This document shows, piece by piece, positions 35,852 to 48,938 of a stretch of DNA of 64,000 nt. Origin of the DNA: Candidatus Peribacteria bacterium (GTDB taxonomy: Bacteria > Patescibacteriota > Gracilibacteria > Peribacterales > Peribacteraceae); assembly GCA_943350395.1 (NCBI GenBank), contig CALRAD010000001.1, positions 35,860 through 99,859 on the forward strand, in the 5' to 3' direction. A program made the position numbers and the translations under genes. The notes below the pieces were generated by a model. The model made no database searches. It worked only from the letters and a program-made list of their open reading frames with translations, and had not been told where the DNA came from. Each line of letters opens with the position of its first letter. Position 1 is the first letter of the stretch.

Positions 35852-37417
35852 ATGCAGATCCTGCTCGCCATCGGCTCGCTCATCGCCGCCATCGTCCTCA
35901 TCAAGATCTGGACAGGAGCCATGAAGGTGAAGGTGATCGACAATGAATCGCTTGCCTCGGTTGAGGCAACACACCCGTATCTGCCGAAACTCGGCGCAAT
36001 AGCTGCTTCGTTCGTCATCGCAGGGCTGCTATTCGTACTGTCTCTAAAATACGGCAAAAATACGTCGATCGCTTCACTCTGGGGCAGCGCAGCATTCTAC
36101 CGAACAATCTTCGTCTTCCTCGCCATCTGCATGCTCGGAGTCTTCGAAAGAGGACGCTGGCACGGATCCAAAGATCGCTACGAATACTTTTTCGCATTCG
36201 TCCTCGGCACGATCGTCACTTGGATCCTCATCGCCTTCAAGCGAGCATTCTTCGAAACCGGTGTACAGCAGGATCCATTCCTCATGGCACTCGGCATTAC
36301 GTGTGTCGTGATCGGATGGCGGTTCCTGTTCGGTCCGTGGAAAGCGTCCATCAAGGCGACGGTACTCGGGACGTTTCTCTTCTGGGTGATCTACGCGATC
36401 CTGCGGTTTAAAACAAAACAAGAACTGATCGCAACCGGACTCGCAAGCATCGTTGCAATCATCCCGGTACTTGTGTGGAGCAAACTGTTTCTCGGGTACC
36501 ACAAACAACGACTCAGCATCGTGATCCTCGCATTCTTCGCAGGCATGCTCTCGACGGTGCCGATTCTGTTCTACAGCGAACTGACAATGCGATCGATTCA
36601 GCTGAATTTCTTCATCTTCAAAATTGTTCCGATCAACTACGGAACTTCCTCGACGGAATTCGTCTCCCAGAGCGTCTTCAAATCTTTCTCAGGAACATCG
36701 TCCATTGTGCTCACCACTCTCGTCACGTACTTGATGGTTGGCGTGATCGAAGAAATCAGCAAATACTGGGTGCTTCGGCATTCAAGCAAAGAATTCTTCC
36801 GCTCCATCGATGATGCCCTGCAACTAGCGATCGTCGTCGCCATCGGTTTCGCATTCGCCGAGAACCTCGTGAATCCGACGTACTTCGTCGGTTTCGTGCG
36901 CGATTACCTGATGACACCAGCAAGCCCGGAGTGGGGTTCGTTCATCGGCAACGTCATCGGGCGCTCGGTCCTGACGAACATGGTGCATATCGTCTCTACG
37001 GGCGTACTCGGGTACTACTTTGGTCTCGCTTTCTTTGCGTCTCCGCTGATTCGCGCACAGTTTGCGGAAGGCTCGACTCATCCGATCATCTCTGTGATTC
37101 ACCGGATGTTAAATATTCCCTCCGAATCGATTTACGCAAAGACGCAGATGGCACTCGGACTTTTCTTCGCGATCGTGCTCCACGGAGTCTTCGACTTCAC
37201 GGTGAGCTTGTCCGAGGTGCTGCCAAATCATCCGACAACGGTCGGTGCGCTTCTTGGGCAAGACCAAGGATCGTTCCTGCATAACATCGCAATTACCCTT
37301 GTGCCTTCCGTTCTGTACGTCGTGGGAGGATTTTGGCTCCTTGTGACACTCTTTGAATGGAAGGAGGATAGAAAGGAATTTGGGGCAGTCGTCGAGACGC
37401 AAACGTTTGTCTCTTAA
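35852..37417 (+). CDS. PrsW-family intramembrane protease-like protein with an extended N-terminus
   Basis: Polytopic membrane protein with EEISKYWVL (EExxK), GFAFAENL and VLHGVFDF (HxxxD). Confidence 0.65.
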   Translation: MQILLAIGSLIAAIVLIKIWTGAMKVKVIDNESLASVEATHPYLPKLGAIAASFVIAGLLFVLSLKYGKNTSIASLWGSAAFYRTIFVFLAICMLGVFERGRWHGSKDRYEYFFAFVLGTIVTWILIAFKRAFFETGVQQDPFLMALGITCVVIGWRFLFGPWKASIKATVLGTFLFWVIYAILRFKTKQELIATGLASIVAIIPVLVWSKLFLGYHKQRLSIVILAFFAGMLSTVPILFYSELTMRSIQLNFFIFKIVPINYGTSSTEFVSQSVFKSFSGTSSIVLTTLVTYLMVGVIEEISKYWVLRHSSKEFFRSIDDALQLAIVVAIGFAFAENLVNPTYFVGFVRDYLMTPASPEWGSFIGNVIGRSVLTNMVHIVSTGVLGYYFGLAFFASPLIRAQFAEGSTHPIISVIHRMLNIPSESIYAKTQMALGLFFAIVLHGVFDFTVSLSEVLPNHPTTVGALLGQDQGSFLHNIAITLVPSVLYVVGGFWLLVTLFEWKEDRKEFGAVVETQTFVS

Positions 37418-37461
37418 TGTGGGGCGGAGGTAGAATATAAAAACATTTCCCCCGCAGATAC

Positions 37462-39066
37462 ATGACAAACCGAACGCGTCTCTTCAGTTGCATCACGCTC
37501 GTGTCTTTCCTCTTCCCGATGATCGTATCAGCTCGTCCGATCAGCGAGATCGTGAACCCGTCACTGCAGACCGTATCAAGATCAAACTTCCTCACATGGT
37601 CCTTCGAAACGCTCAGTATTCAGAAGACAAATGCCAATTGCACGCTGCCGTTCACAAGGTTTCCTCGCGGTCTAAAATCGGTGCTCTGTGCTGCGCTCGA
37701 TCAGGGTGCTCTCGACGCATTCCCATCGGGAAATGGATACACGCTTGGCAAGACCATCACGCATGGCGAAGCACTGCAAGTGGTGACGGCACTCCTCAAT
37801 AAGCAGGAGAACGCGAACGTGTCCGCATTCAAAGACGTCAAAACGAATGCAGAGAAACAAGCAGTGATGAATGCGATTGCACTCAAGTGGATGACTCCGA
37901 CGAAATCCAATCTGTTCGGTCTCAGTCGTCCACTTTCGGGGAGCGAGGCACTCACGCTCCTCTCTGCCGCATCCACACAATCAACTGCGAAAACACAGAC
38001 AATCACGATCAGCCTGCCGACGCAGGGACAGAGCACTGTTCCGAAGAGCGAACTTCTGGAAGCGGTGTGGCAACTCATCAACCGCGACTTCCTGAGGAAC
38101 GAAAAGATCGATTCGACGGAGGCAGGCTATAAAGCCATCGAAGCTCTCGTCGATTCCCTCAAGGATCCGTACTCCAATTTTTTCAGGCCTGCGAGCGCAA
38201 GTGACTTCCAGTCGCAGATCAAAGGTGAACTGAGTGGCATTGGCGCGAACATCGAAGACATCGACGGCATGATCACCGTCGTCTCACCGCTCCCGGGTTC
38301 GCCCGCCGAGAAAGCAGGCATTCAAGCGAAAGACCAAATTCTTGAAGCAAACGGCACCGTACTCTCCGGACTCGGAGTCGAGAAAGCCGTTACGTTTATC
38401 CGCGGAGAGATCGGCACCTCCGTCACGCTCAAGATTCGAAGAAACGGCACGGAAATCACGATCACCATCGTGAGAAATCTCATTTCAATTCCGGAAATCC
38501 AAGTGAAATGGCAAGGAGACATCGCCGTCGTGCAACTTGCGCAATTCGGCGAGACGACTGACAAGCAGATCCGCACGGTCTTTGCGAATATCGCAAAGCA
38601 AAACCCGCACGGAATTATTCTGGATCTTCGCAATAATGGTGGCGGACTTCTGACTGCGGCAGATGCCGTTGTCAGCAATTTTGTACCGAAAGGCACCGTC
38701 GTTGCAAAAGTGCAGGGCAAAACAGAGACAACAGTCGAGAAAACCCAAGACGAAGCGACAATCGAATCGGGCATCAAGATGGTCGTGCTGATCAATAAAG
38801 GATCCGCAAGCGCATCTGAGATCGTCGCAGGTGCACTTCAGGATCATAAGAGAGCAACCATTGTGGGAGTCCAGAGCTTCGGCAAAGGAACCGTACAGGA
38901 AGTGATCAGCTTTAGGAGCGGAGAAGCACTCAAGCTCACGATTGCCGAATGGCTAACTCCACTCGGTCGCAAACTCGATAATCTCGGGGTGAAACCAGAC
39001 ATTGTCGTCGAGAAGGAAGGCACTCGCGATGACCAGCTACAGCGGGCGCTTGAACTCCTGCGATAG
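37462..39066 (+). CDS. S41 carboxy-terminal processing peptidase with a PDZ domain
   Basis: PDZ: GIGANIEDIDGMITVVSPLPGSPAEKAGIQAKDQILEANG. Catalytic region: ILDLRNNGGGLL, VLINKGSASASEIVAGALQD, GVQSFGKGTVQ. Confidence 0.85.
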   Translation: MTNRTRLFSCITLVSFLFPMIVSARPISEIVNPSLQTVSRSNFLTWSFETLSIQKTNANCTLPFTRFPRGLKSVLCAALDQGALDAFPSGNGYTLGKTITHGEALQVVTALLNKQENANVSAFKDVKTNAEKQAVMNAIALKWMTPTKSNLFGLSRPLSGSEALTLLSAASTQSTAKTQTITISLPTQGQSTVPKSELLEAVWQLINRDFLRNEKIDSTEAGYKAIEALVDSLKDPYSNFFRPASASDFQSQIKGELSGIGANIEDIDGMITVVSPLPGSPAEKAGIQAKDQILEANGTVLSGLGVEKAVTFIRGEIGTSVTLKIRRNGTEITITIVRNLISIPEIQVKWQGDIAVVQLAQFGETTDKQIRTVFANIAKQNPHGIILDLRNNGGGLLTAADAVVSNFVPKGTVVAKVQGKTETTVEKTQDEATIESGIKMVVLINKGSASASEIVAGALQDHKRATIVGVQSFGKGTVQEVISFRSGEALKLTIAEWLTPLGRKLDNLGVKPDIVVEKEGTRDDQLQRALELLR

Positions 39067-39067
39067 C

Positions 39068-39661
39068 ATGTCACCTCTCATCCTTGCGTCGGCAAGTCCT
39101 CAACGAAAAACACTGCTCTCTGGTCTTGGACTGCAGTTTCACATCATCCCGAGCGGGGTCGAAGAGGACGATCATCCGGAATTCGATCCCCGGAAGCGCT
39201 CTCAAGATCTCGCAAGGCTTAAGGCACTCGACGTGCATGCCTTGCATACGGATGCGATTGTAATCGGATGCGATACGCTGGTCGTAGTCGGGGAGACGCC
39301 CCAGCGGGACGTCTCTACATTGCTTGAAAAACCGAAAAATGACGCGGACGCACGAAGGATGCTGCTTCTCCAAAGCGGCAAGACTTCGCTCGTTCATTCG
39401 GCCGTCTGCGTCGTTGATGAGTCAGGCAAAACACACGAAGGAATTTCTTCCTCAAACGTGACATTCAAGAAACTCAGTGAGAAAGAAATAGACTGGTGGA
39501 TAGCCACAAAACTCTGGCAGGGTCGATCCGGCGGATTTCAGATCGACGGGCTTGGGCAACTCATGATCCAGTCCATCACGGGTGACTGGACAGGGATCGT
39601 GGGGCTACCGGTATTTTTGCTTGGCGAACTGCTGGAAAAAGCCGGATACACTTTCCGGTAA
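39068..39661 (+). CDS. maf: Maf-like nucleoside triphosphate pyrophosphatase
   Basis: LILASASPQRKTLLSGLG, IGCDTLVV and GGFQIDGLG. The start is set at ATG 39068. Confidence 0.85.
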   Translation: MSPLILASASPQRKTLLSGLGLQFHIIPSGVEEDDHPEFDPRKRSQDLARLKALDVHALHTDAIVIGCDTLVVVGETPQRDVSTLLEKPKNDADARRMLLLQSGKTSLVHSAVCVVDESGKTHEGISSSNVTFKKLSEKEIDWWIATKLWQGRSGGFQIDGLGQLMIQSITGDWTGIVGLPVFLLGELLEKAGYTFR

Positions 39662-39672
39662 ACTGTTCGGAT

Positions 39673-39888
39673 CTATCGATTCGAATAGAACTTGTTCTTC
39701 CTGTTCTCTGCTCTGTATCCCTCGCGCTTGAGTGCGCGGATACGCTGCAAACGCTTGGTACGCTTCTTCTTGTAGGTCCTGCGCTCGCGAAGAACCTTCA
39801 CTAAACGAGACTTCTGCGCCTGCTGCTTGAAGCGCGTCTGGAGACGGTCGTTTGATTCATCGCCTTTCTTGATTGCGTAAATTGCCAT
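39673..39888 (-). CDS. rpsU: 30S ribosomal protein S21
   Basis: 71-aa very basic ORF with ESNDRLQTRFKQQAQKSRLVKVLRERRTYKKK, typical of S21. Confidence 0.75.
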   Translation of the reverse strand: MAIYAIKKGDESNDRLQTRFKQQAQKSRLVKVLRERRTYKKKRTKRLQRIRALKREGYRAENRKNKFYSNR

Positions 39889-39948
39889 AAAAATAGAATA
39901 GGGAGCTGACGTAGGGTAAGCGAGTTTTGTGCTTCGCGCAAGGCAATC

Positions 39949-40953
39949 CTAAGCTCCTAGGAGAGTGACTTCCTCATCGACCATCCCTGCCTTCCTGAAA
40001 CGCTCCCATGTCTTCGGTCCGCCTTCGACGAGAATCGAGGAAATGCCATAAAATGACACCTTTGACGTGAGAAGCATTGTCCAAAGAATAGACCAGTCAA
40101 ATGTTTCTTCTTTCATGAGACATTCCATCACGACTGCCCCCCTGCTTTCGATCTCAGATTTTTTCTGTCGATCTGCATCGGGAGCACAGATCACGATTGT
40201 TCGTGAAACATGCTCATCGCTTATAACAGTTGCGGTCAGAGGGATTTGAAGTTTCGAATCGAGAATGATGCGGTACGGCTGCATTCGTTCCCCTCCCCCC
40301 TCGGGGGAGGGGTTAGGGGTGGGGGAACGTACCGTCAGTCTGGAATTATCAGTCAGTATCGTTCCGACACCAACCAAAATTGCATCGTGCCGTGCACGCA
40401 AAAATGTATGCGCCCACGAATTTTGCTTCTCACTCGTGATCTTCATCATCGAGCGATCATCATTCGCGATTTTTCCATCGACTGTTCGTGCGATCTTCAG
40501 TGTAATCCACGGTCGATGATTTTTTTGGAGAGAAACAAAACCGCGATTAAGCCTTAGGCATTCATCTTCAAGCACAGGACCGAGCACCTCGATACCTGCT
40601 TTTCTGAGTGCTTCGACTCCCCTCCCCGCGACAGCGGGGTTCGGATCACACATACCGAAGACAACATGTTTGATGCCTGATTTGATGATTCTATCCGTAC
40701 ACGGAGGAGTCTTCTTCTCTGTATGACAACACGGTTCCAGATTCACATAGAGTATGTCATTTGAACTAATTTTTTGTTCATTCTTTTCGAGCAGATCACA
40801 CTCTGCATGAGCTTTTCCAAATTCTCTGTGAAAACCTTCCGACAGCACTTTGCCGTCACGCACGATGATAGCGCCAACCATGGGATTGATACCTGTCTTT
40901 CCTCTGCCCTTCTCGGCAAGTTCGAGACACCGGCGCATGAAAAGAGTATGCAT
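39949..40953 (-). CDS. ribD: Bifunctional riboflavin-biosynthesis deaminase/reductase RibD
   Basis: Deaminase motifs HAECDLL and NLEPCCH...PPC. Reductase motifs ITLKIARTVDGKI, LRARHDAILVGVGTILTD and ILVEGGPKT. Confidence 0.85.
   Translation of the reverse strand: MHTLFMRRCLELAEKGRGKTGINPMVGAIIVRDGKVLSEGFHREFGKAHAECDLLEKNEQKISSNDILYVNLEPCCHTEKKTPPCTDRIIKSGIKHVVFGMCDPNPAVAGRGVEALRKAGIEVLGPVLEDECLRLNRGFVSLQKNHRPWITLKIARTVDGKIANDDRSMMKITSEKQNSWAHTFLRARHDAILVGVGTILTDNSRLTVRSPTPNPSPEGGGERMQPYRIILDSKLQIPLTATVISDEHVSRTIVICAPDADRQKKSEIESRGAVVMECLMKEETFDWSILWTMLLTSKVSFYGISSILVEGGPKTWERFRKAGMVDEEVTLLGA
40288..40327. repeat. Family-1 palindromic element fragment (copy C), in frame inside ribD
   Basis: 9-bp hairpin CCCCTCCCC-cctcg-GGGGAGGGG, followed by GGGGTTAGGGGTGGGGG. 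That segment is the reverse complement of the copy A/B left end ...CCCCTAACCCC. It encodes SPTPNPSPEGGGE. Confidence 0.6.
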
Positions 40954-41064
40954 AGAGGAAGTGATTATAGCTCTTCTCTATACAGCCATCATTTTGTGTT
41001 CAATACGTTGAATTCGATGTTCATGATCGTCGAACCGATCTTTCGACTGGGAATGGCAATACAA

Positions 41065-41490
41065 TTATTGATTCCTAGCCTTCTCCAGAGCCTTTTGTAG
41101 CACCGATGTTGGTCGCTCCCCGCTTTGCGGGGTGGCTGTCTCGGCATGATGCTGAGCAGCACCAGTGCTCGAGACGAGCCGGTGATGCCGATGTGCATTT
41201 AAAACTTTTCTATAGCCTCCTTCGCCGTTCTCAAGAAACTTTGCGACACGCGTAACAGTTGTCGTGCTTGCTCCGGTCCTCTTCGCAATTTCTCTATACG
41301 TGACGCCCTGCGCAAGTAGCTTCGCCACTTCAAAGCGCTCACTCCATGCCTGGAGCTCTGAGAGCGTTCCAATATCACGCAGAAAATTAGCCATGTCCTC
41401 TTCTGTCTTGCACTGAGTCATCGCAGAGCACAGAGCCTTGAACCAAGGCTCACGCTTGAAGCTGTCTTCAGTGAAACGACGTTTGGACAT
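41065..41490 (-). CDS. TrpR/YerC-YecD family DNA-binding protein
   Basis: RFEVAKLLAQGVTYREIAKRTGASTTTVTRVAKFLENGEGGY. The start is set at ATG 41490 (MSKRRF). Confidence 0.7.
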   Translation of the reverse strand: MSKRRFTEDSFKREPWFKALCSAMTQCKTEEDMANFLRDIGTLSELQAWSERFEVAKLLAQGVTYREIAKRTGASTTTVTRVAKFLENGEGGYRKVLNAHRHHRLVSSTGAAQHHAETATPQSGERPTSVLQKALEKARNQ

Positions 41491-41637
41491 GGTGAGGAAA
41501 AGAATGCTTGCACCCCGTAGCTCAGTAAGCGGGAATAGGAACAATATACACGCAGAGCGAAGGGGTGTCAATGTGGTATCTCGTTAAAACACTCTATTCA
41601 AGAAAAATGGCTCCTAAGAGCCATAGTTCAATGAATG

Positions 41638-43734
<2,097 letters not shown>

Positions 43735-43738
43735 AAAA

Positions 43739-43840
43739 CTAACGAGAAAGTGAAATAAAGAACTCTTGCCCCTCGAAGCTCTGAACGAACGTAGTGAGAG
43801 AAGAGCGAAGTGGGGTATTGCGTACGTTTTTTAAGTCCAT
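43739..43840 (-). CDS. 33-codon upstream ORF that begins with the duplicated fusA start
   Basis: Product [33 protein letters not shown]. Its TAG stop lies 4 nt before the fusA ATG. Translation is not established. Confidence 0.25.
   Translation of the reverse strand: MDLKNVRNTPLRSSLTTFVQSFEGQEFFISLSR
43763..43815. repeat. Family-2 short repeat, copy 2
   Basis: CTCTTGCCCCTCGAAGCTC...GAGCGAAGTGGGG matches the reverse complement of 48939-48976. The 19-nt end has 1 mismatch, the 13-nt end is identical, and 15 extra nt lie in between. Confidence 0.7.
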
Positions 43841-43871
43841 AAAAAGAGATGGCGAATGTTAAAGCCGAGGC

Positions 43872-43899
43872 AGTATAGGGAAAGAATGAAGCGATGAAA
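43872..43899 (-). promoter_or_regulatory. Putative promoter for the fusA leader
   Basis: Minus strand TTTCAT-16 nt-TATACT, about 30 nt upstream of the upstream-ORF ATG. Confidence 0.25.
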
Positions 43900-43976
43900 A
43901 TACCAATTTTTGCAAAAGAACAAGCTCACTCCATAAGTAAAGCCTCTCAAAAATGTCATGATGCGAGGAAGCAAGC

Positions 43977-44007
43977 AAAAAATTCAAGAAGCGTATTTTT
44001 ATACGCT
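43977..44007 (-). terminator. Possible terminator hairpin downstream of rpsG
   Basis: Minus strand AGCGTAT-aaaa-ATACGCT, then tcttgaa, then T6. The T tract is separated from the stem, so this is not canonical. Confidence 0.3.
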
Positions 44008-44058
44008 GAATGAATTTTTGTGCGCAGCTGACGGAGCAGCATGCATTTTTCAGAGGCT

Positions 44059-44517
44059 TTAGCCCATCTTGGCAAAGTGCGCGTATGCCTTATTCGCCTG
44101 CGCCATCTTGTAGACATCTTCTTTCTTCTTCACGGCTGCGCCTTGTTCTGCAGAAGCTTCGAGAAGTTCGAGTGCGAGCTTCTCAGCCATGGGCATACCC
44201 TTTCTTGAACGAGCAGCAATGAGGATCCAACGAATCGAGAGTGATTGCTGACGCTTCGCAGGAACTTCAGTTGGTACCTGGAAGATCGCACCGGCAACAC
44301 GCTTTGGGCGGACTTCCACGAGTGGAGTCGTATTGAGGAGTGCCTTGCTGAAAACATCCATCGGAGCTTCTTTTGTTCGCGTCTTAATGATGTCGATGGC
44401 ATCGGAAAAAATCCGACGCGCGATGGACTTCTTGCCTTGCGTCATGAGACAGCAAATGAACTTCTCGATGAGCGGGTCGGAACCCTTAGGGATGTACTGT
44501 TTTGGGAGAGTGGCCAT
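44059..44517 (-). CDS. rpsG: 30S ribosomal protein S7
   Basis: LIEKFICCLMTQGKKSIARRIF, VEVRPKRVAGAIFQVP and KKKEDVYKMAQANKAYAHF. Confidence 0.95.
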   Translation of the reverse strand: MATLPKQYIPKGSDPLIEKFICCLMTQGKKSIARRIFSDAIDIIKTRTKEAPMDVFSKALLNTTPLVEVRPKRVAGAIFQVPTEVPAKRQQSLSIRWILIAARSRKGMPMAEKLALELLEASAEQGAAVKKKEDVYKMAQANKAYAHFAKMG

Positions 44518-44560
44518 ACGAGTGAAAAGTTACGAAGTGGAAAAATGAAAAAGTACAGAA

Positions 44561-44980
44561 TTATTTCTTCGGTTTCTTTGCGCCGTACAGAGAGCGACCT
44601 TGTTTGCGGTCACGCACGCCTTCAGTATCGAGCACACCGCGAACGATGTGGTAACGGACACCCGGAAGGTCTTTCACACGGCCTCCGCGAACGAGGACAA
44701 CAGAGTGTTCCTGCAAATTGTGACCCTCTCCCATGATGTACGCCGTAATTTCCTCACCGTTCGTGAGACGCACACGGGCGATCTTTCGGAGAGCAGAGTT
44801 CGGTTTCTTCGGCGTCATTGTCGTCACTTTGAGACAGACACCGCGCTTCACAGGCGCTCCTTTCTTGAGTCTCACGCGTTTCATGGTGAGAGCGTTCCAA
44901 GTGTGCTGGAGGTTAGGAGCCTTGGTACGGCGTTTTTGACTGACTCTGCCGTGACGAACGAGTTGGTTGATGGTTGGCAT
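44561..44980 (-). CDS. rpsL: 30S ribosomal protein S12
   Basis: [20 protein letters not shown] and [30 protein letters not shown]. Confidence 0.95.
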   Translation of the reverse strand: MPTINQLVRHGRVSQKRRTKAPNLQHTWNALTMKRVRLKKGAPVKRGVCLKVTTMTPKKPNSALRKIARVRLTNGEEITAYIMGEGHNLQEHSVVLVRGGRVKDLPGVRYHIVRGVLDTEGVRDRKQGRSLYGAKKPKK

Positions 44981-45036
44981 AACGGGGCTAGATCTTAGAG
45001 GATAGAAATCAGACGGTAAAGAGCAGAAATAATGGC

Positions 45037-48000
45037 TTACTTCTTCTTTTTCTTGAGAGCAGCTTCCTCTGCACGATCTTCATCGTATTTCTTGCGGAAT
45101 GTTTCCCCTGCAGGGATGAGGCGACCGATGATCACGTTCTCTTTCAGTCCCTTGAGGTAATCGACGTTTCCGGTGGTGGCAGCTTCCACAAGCACACGGA
45201 TCGTCTCCTGGAAAGAGGCTCCTGCAAGCCATGATTCGGTTGCAAGTGAAACGCGAGTCAGACCCAAAAGCAGCTGTTCGTAGGTCGCTTCTTTCTTGTC
45301 CTTCTTGGCCTTCAGCTTCGAAAGCACATCATTTGCGCGACGAACGTCGGCGATATCGACGACTTCTCCGGCAAGGAGATTCGTGTCTCCTCCGTCGACG
45401 ATTCTAACCTTGCTGAACATCTTTCTGCCGATGATCTCGAGGTGCTTGTCGTTGATCGTCTGACCCTGCGAAGCGTAGATATGCTGCACTTCCTGCACGA
45501 TGTAATTCTGTACAGCGTAACTTCCCTGCTTCTCCAAGAGTTCCTGCAAGTTGTAGTGACCGGCATTCAGTGCCTGACCCGCTCTCACGACGTCTGCGTT
45601 CTTGACGAGGAGCGTCTCGCGGCTGGTGAACTCGTACGTGCGCTCCTGAATTTCACCGTGTTTTACGACAATCTTGCCTTGGCTCACCTCGGAAACTCTT
45701 CCGGGAATCGTAATCTTAATCGTGGACTTGTCCGAAATCGCCTTGGCGATCACGAGTCTCTCTTTCACTTCATCGCCCTTCTTCACCATGACTTGATATC
45801 CGGCGGGCACGAAGTACGTGTCTTGCCCGAGATCCACACCGGTAACGATTACCGTTGATACCCCGCTCTTGTGACTAACTTTCACCTGACCGTCGATATC
45901 GGAAAGAGTGGCCGGCGTCCTCGGGGGACGTGCCTCAAGAATTTCCTCGACTCGAGTGAGACCTTGCGTGATATCACTGCCTTCGGCGACTCCTCCCATG
46001 TGGAAGGTTCTCATCGTAAGCTGTGTTCCAGGCTCACCGATAGACTGTGCGGCAATGATGCCCACCGGCGTTCCGATCTTGACGGGCTTATTGTCAGATA
46101 AGTCTCTGCCGTAACACTTGATGCAGATGCCTCCGTCGGCGTGACACGTGATCACGGATCTCACGAGCACTTCGTTCACCTTGTGCTGATTGATAAGTGC
46201 GATGAGATCTGCGTCGATATCGTCATTGCGCTTGGCAATCACTTCTTTGCCGACCAAAAGATCTTCATTCAGCGTGCGACCGAAGATGCGGTTCTCGAAT
46301 TTCTCACCGATGCGCTCGGAATCGGCTCGCGTGATTTTGTGACCGAACGTCGATTCGCAATCCTCTTTCTTGATGACGATATCCTGCACGGCATCGACCA
46401 AGCGACGCGTCAGGTAACCGGCCTCGGCGGTCTTGAGAGCAGTGTCAGACTTTCCTTTGCGACCTCCGTGTGTTGCGATGAAGTACTCGAGAATCGTGAA
46501 GCCTTCTTTCAAGTTGCTCTGGATCGGAAGCTCGATCGTGCGACCGGATGGGTTTGCAACAAGACCTTTCATACCTGCAAGCTGTGTAATCTGACCCCAG
46601 TTACCGCGAGCTCCCGAGTCGATCATGTACGTGATGCTGTTCGTGGGAACGTCGGTGAACGACTTGATCATCGTCGACGCAATGTCTCCTTTCGCCTTGC
46701 TCCAAATGCGGATGGCATGGTGATAGCGCTCGTCGGCGGTGATCCAACCTTTCCAGTACTGGTTGTTGATCTTACGAACTTTTTCGTTTGCCTCGTCGAG
46801 GATCGCATCTTTCTCTTTCGGAACAAGCACATCGGTGATCGCAATAGAGATGCCGGATTTCGTCGCATACTTGAATCCGATGTTCTTGATGTCATTGGCC
46901 AATTTCGATGTGCGGTCCGTACCGATGACTTCAAGTGCGCGTGCAATCATCTTACTGAGGACTCCTTTCTTGAGGGTCTCGTTGATGATACCAAGCTCGG
47001 ACGGAATGATCTCCTGGAAGAGCAGTCGACCGGCAGTCGTTTCGATCGTATCGAACTCACCCTCGCCTTTCGGGAATCTGACGAGAATTTTTGCGCGCAG
47101 ATCCACGATGCCGTGTTCGTACGCAAGAATGGCTTCGTTCGAACAGCTGAACTTCATCCCGTCGCCTTTCAAGCCCGAATGCATCGACGTCAGGAAGTAA
47201 CAACCGAGCACCATGTCCTGAACCGGCGTGATGATCGGCTCGCCGGCAGAAGGCTTGAGAACGTTTTTTGCAGCATTCATGAGCTCTCTGGCTTCCGTCT
47301 GCGCAGGTTCGGAAAGCGGAACGTGCACGGCCATCTGGTCACCGTCGAAGTCGGCGTTGAACGCCGTACACACAAGTGGATGCAGCTGAATGGCAAGACC
47401 TTCGACGAGTCTCGGCATGAACGCCTGAATACCAAGGCGGTGCAGTGTCGGAGCGCGGTTTAAAAGCACGAATTTATTTTCAATAACCTCTTCCAGAATA
47501 TCCCATACTTTTTTACTTCCATCCAACACCATGCGCTCTGCACTTTTTACATTGTGAGCAAGTTCATCTCGGATGAGGCGACCGATCACGAACGGCTTGA
47601 AGAGTTTCATCGCCATTTCTTTCGGAAGTCCGCACTGATTCAAATTGAGATCCGGACCGACGACGATCACAGAGCGACCGGAGTAATCCACGCGCTTTCC
47701 GAGAAGGTTCTGACGGAAACGACCTTGCTTGCCTTTCAACATGTCCGAAAGCGAACGAAGTTTCCTCCTGTCGCCTGCGGTAAAGAGGGCTTTGCCTGCG
47801 CGCGCGGAATTGTTGAGGAGCGTATCCACTGCTTCTTGGAGCATGCGCTTCTCATTTCGGTTGATGACTTCAGGAGCACCGATACTCATGAGTTTCTTTA
47901 AGCGATTATTTCTGTTGATCACACGACGATAGAGATCGTTCAAGTCAGATGCGGCAAAACGACCACCATCGAGCTGCACCATCGGACGAAGATCCGGAGG

Positions 48001-48915
48001 CAACACGGGAATTCTTGTCATCACCATCCACTCGGGCTTGATGCCCGCTTGCTTGAGAGACTGCACGAGCTTCAAGCACTTCATGACTTTCTTGAGTCGC
48101 TGACCGCTGCTCTGGAGTCTCTGCTTCTGGAGATCATCAACCAGTTTTTCGTTGTCGATCGCCGCAATGATCTCTCGAAGCGACTCGGCGCCGGTTCCGG
48201 CGCGGAAGAGATGACCGAACTTCATGTTCATTTCGCGGAACTTGAGCTCGCTGAGCACAGATCCGACATGCAGATTTTCGAGATCGGCGAGTGCATCTTT
48301 GTGGTTGATCTTGAGCATCTCGAGCTTGTCTGCAGTTGCCTTATCGAGAGCATCGAGCTGATCGCGCGTCGGCTTCCCTTCTTTCATTGTCTTCTGCTCG
48401 TCATCATGCTCGCGCTTGATCTGATTCCTGCGTGCATCGTACTCCTGGAGAAGTTCCTTCGTTGCTCCGGCTTTTCCTTCCTCGTCGACCGTCACGACGA
48501 TATACGCGGAGAAGTAGACAATCTGCTCGAGTGTCTTGATCGAAATATCGAGAAGAAGTCCGAGGCGCGAAGGCGAAGATCGGAGGAACCAAATATGAGT
48601 GACCGGGACCGCAAGGTTGATGTGTCCCATGCGCTCGCGACGAACGATACTGCGTGTCACTTCGACTCCGCATTTCTCGCAGACGACACCGTTGTAGCGA
48701 ATGCCTTTGTACTTTCCGCAAAAACACTGGAAGTTCTTGGTGGGACCGAAGATGCGCTCGCAGAAGAGTCCATCGGGTTCAGCGCGCTGCGTTCGATAGT
48801 TCACGGTCTCGGGCTTCGTGACCTCACCTCGAGACCACGTAAGAATATCCTCGGGGCTTGCGACACTCAGTGCAACTGCATCGAACGAATCGGACGTGCG
48901 GGGGGTGAACGCCAT
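45037..48915 (-). CDS. rpoC: DNA-directed RNA polymerase subunit beta'
   Basis: Zn-finger region [35 protein letters not shown] and a complete N-terminus ([30 protein letters not shown]). Confidence 0.95.
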   Translation of the reverse strand: MAFTPRTSDSFDAVALSVASPEDILTWSRGEVTKPETVNYRTQRAEPDGLFCERIFGPTKNFQCFCGKYKGIRYNGVVCEKCGVEVTRSIVRRERMGHINLAVPVTHIWFLRSSPSRLGLLLDISIKTLEQIVYFSAYIVVTVDEEGKAGATKELLQEYDARRNQIKREHDDEQKTMKEGKPTRDQLDALDKATADKLEMLKINHKDALADLENLHVGSVLSELKFREMNMKFGHLFRAGTGAESLREIIAAIDNEKLVDDLQKQRLQSSGQRLKKVMKCLKLVQSLKQAGIKPEWMVMTRIPVLPPDLRPMVQLDGGRFAASDLNDLYRRVINRNNRLKKLMSIGAPEVINRNEKRMLQEAVDTLLNNSARAGKALFTAGDRRKLRSLSDMLKGKQGRFRQNLLGKRVDYSGRSVIVVGPDLNLNQCGLPKEMAMKLFKPFVIGRLIRDELAHNVKSAERMVLDGSKKVWDILEEVIENKFVLLNRAPTLHRLGIQAFMPRLVEGLAIQLHPLVCTAFNADFDGDQMAVHVPLSEPAQTEARELMNAAKNVLKPSAGEPIITPVQDMVLGCYFLTSMHSGLKGDGMKFSCSNEAILAYEHGIVDLRAKILVRFPKGEGEFDTIETTAGRLLFQEIIPSELGIINETLKKGVLSKMIARALEVIGTDRTSKLANDIKNIGFKYATKSGISIAITDVLVPKEKDAILDEANEKVRKINNQYWKGWITADERYHHAIRIWSKAKGDIASTMIKSFTDVPTNSITYMIDSGARGNWGQITQLAGMKGLVANPSGRTIELPIQSNLKEGFTILEYFIATHGGRKGKSDTALKTAEAGYLTRRLVDAVQDIVIKKEDCESTFGHKITRADSERIGEKFENRIFGRTLNEDLLVGKEVIAKRNDDIDADLIALINQHKVNEVLVRSVITCHADGGICIKCYGRDLSDNKPVKIGTPVGIIAAQSIGEPGTQLTMRTFHMGGVAEGSDITQGLTRVEEILEARPPRTPATLSDIDGQVKVSHKSGVSTVIVTGVDLGQDTYFVPAGYQVMVKKGDEVKERLVIAKAISDKSTIKITIPGRVSEVSQGKIVVKHGEIQERTYEFTSRETLLVKNADVVRAGQALNAGHYNLQELLEKQGSYAVQNYIVQEVQHIYASQGQTINDKHLEIIGRKMFSKVRIVDGGDTNLLAGEVVDIADVRRANDVLSKLKAKKDKKEATYEQLLLGLTRVSLATESWLAGASFQETIRVLVEAATTGNVDYLKGLKENVIIGRLIPAGETFRKKYDEDRAEEAALKKKKK

Positions 48916-48938
48916 ACGAGTGAGAGGAAAGGAGTGGA

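Noticed and set aside
40954-41064. An FMN riboswitch upstream of ribD, and T-box or other leaders upstream of glyQS and proS.
   Set aside because: The spacers are too short (about 110 and 86 nt) and lack the conserved FMN-element or T-box sequence features I know.
44561-44980. An apparent ~15-aa insertion in ribosomal protein S12 ([15 protein letters not shown]) relative to E. coli S12.
   Set aside because: Bacillus and Mollicutes-type S12 proteins (about 138-139 aa) carry an insertion at the same place. This is a normal lineage variant and not novel.
46141-47463. Long ORFs antisense to rpoC, fusA, glyQS and others (46141-47463, 48049-49092, 42352-43728, 41635-42300, 34977-35924, 24251-25009, 15286-15981, 49639-50547).
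   Set aside because: Each lies fully inside, and opposite to, a gene with unmistakable conserved motifs. Their translations are low-complexity or Arg/Ser/His-rich and carry no motifs. These are typical shadow ORFs.
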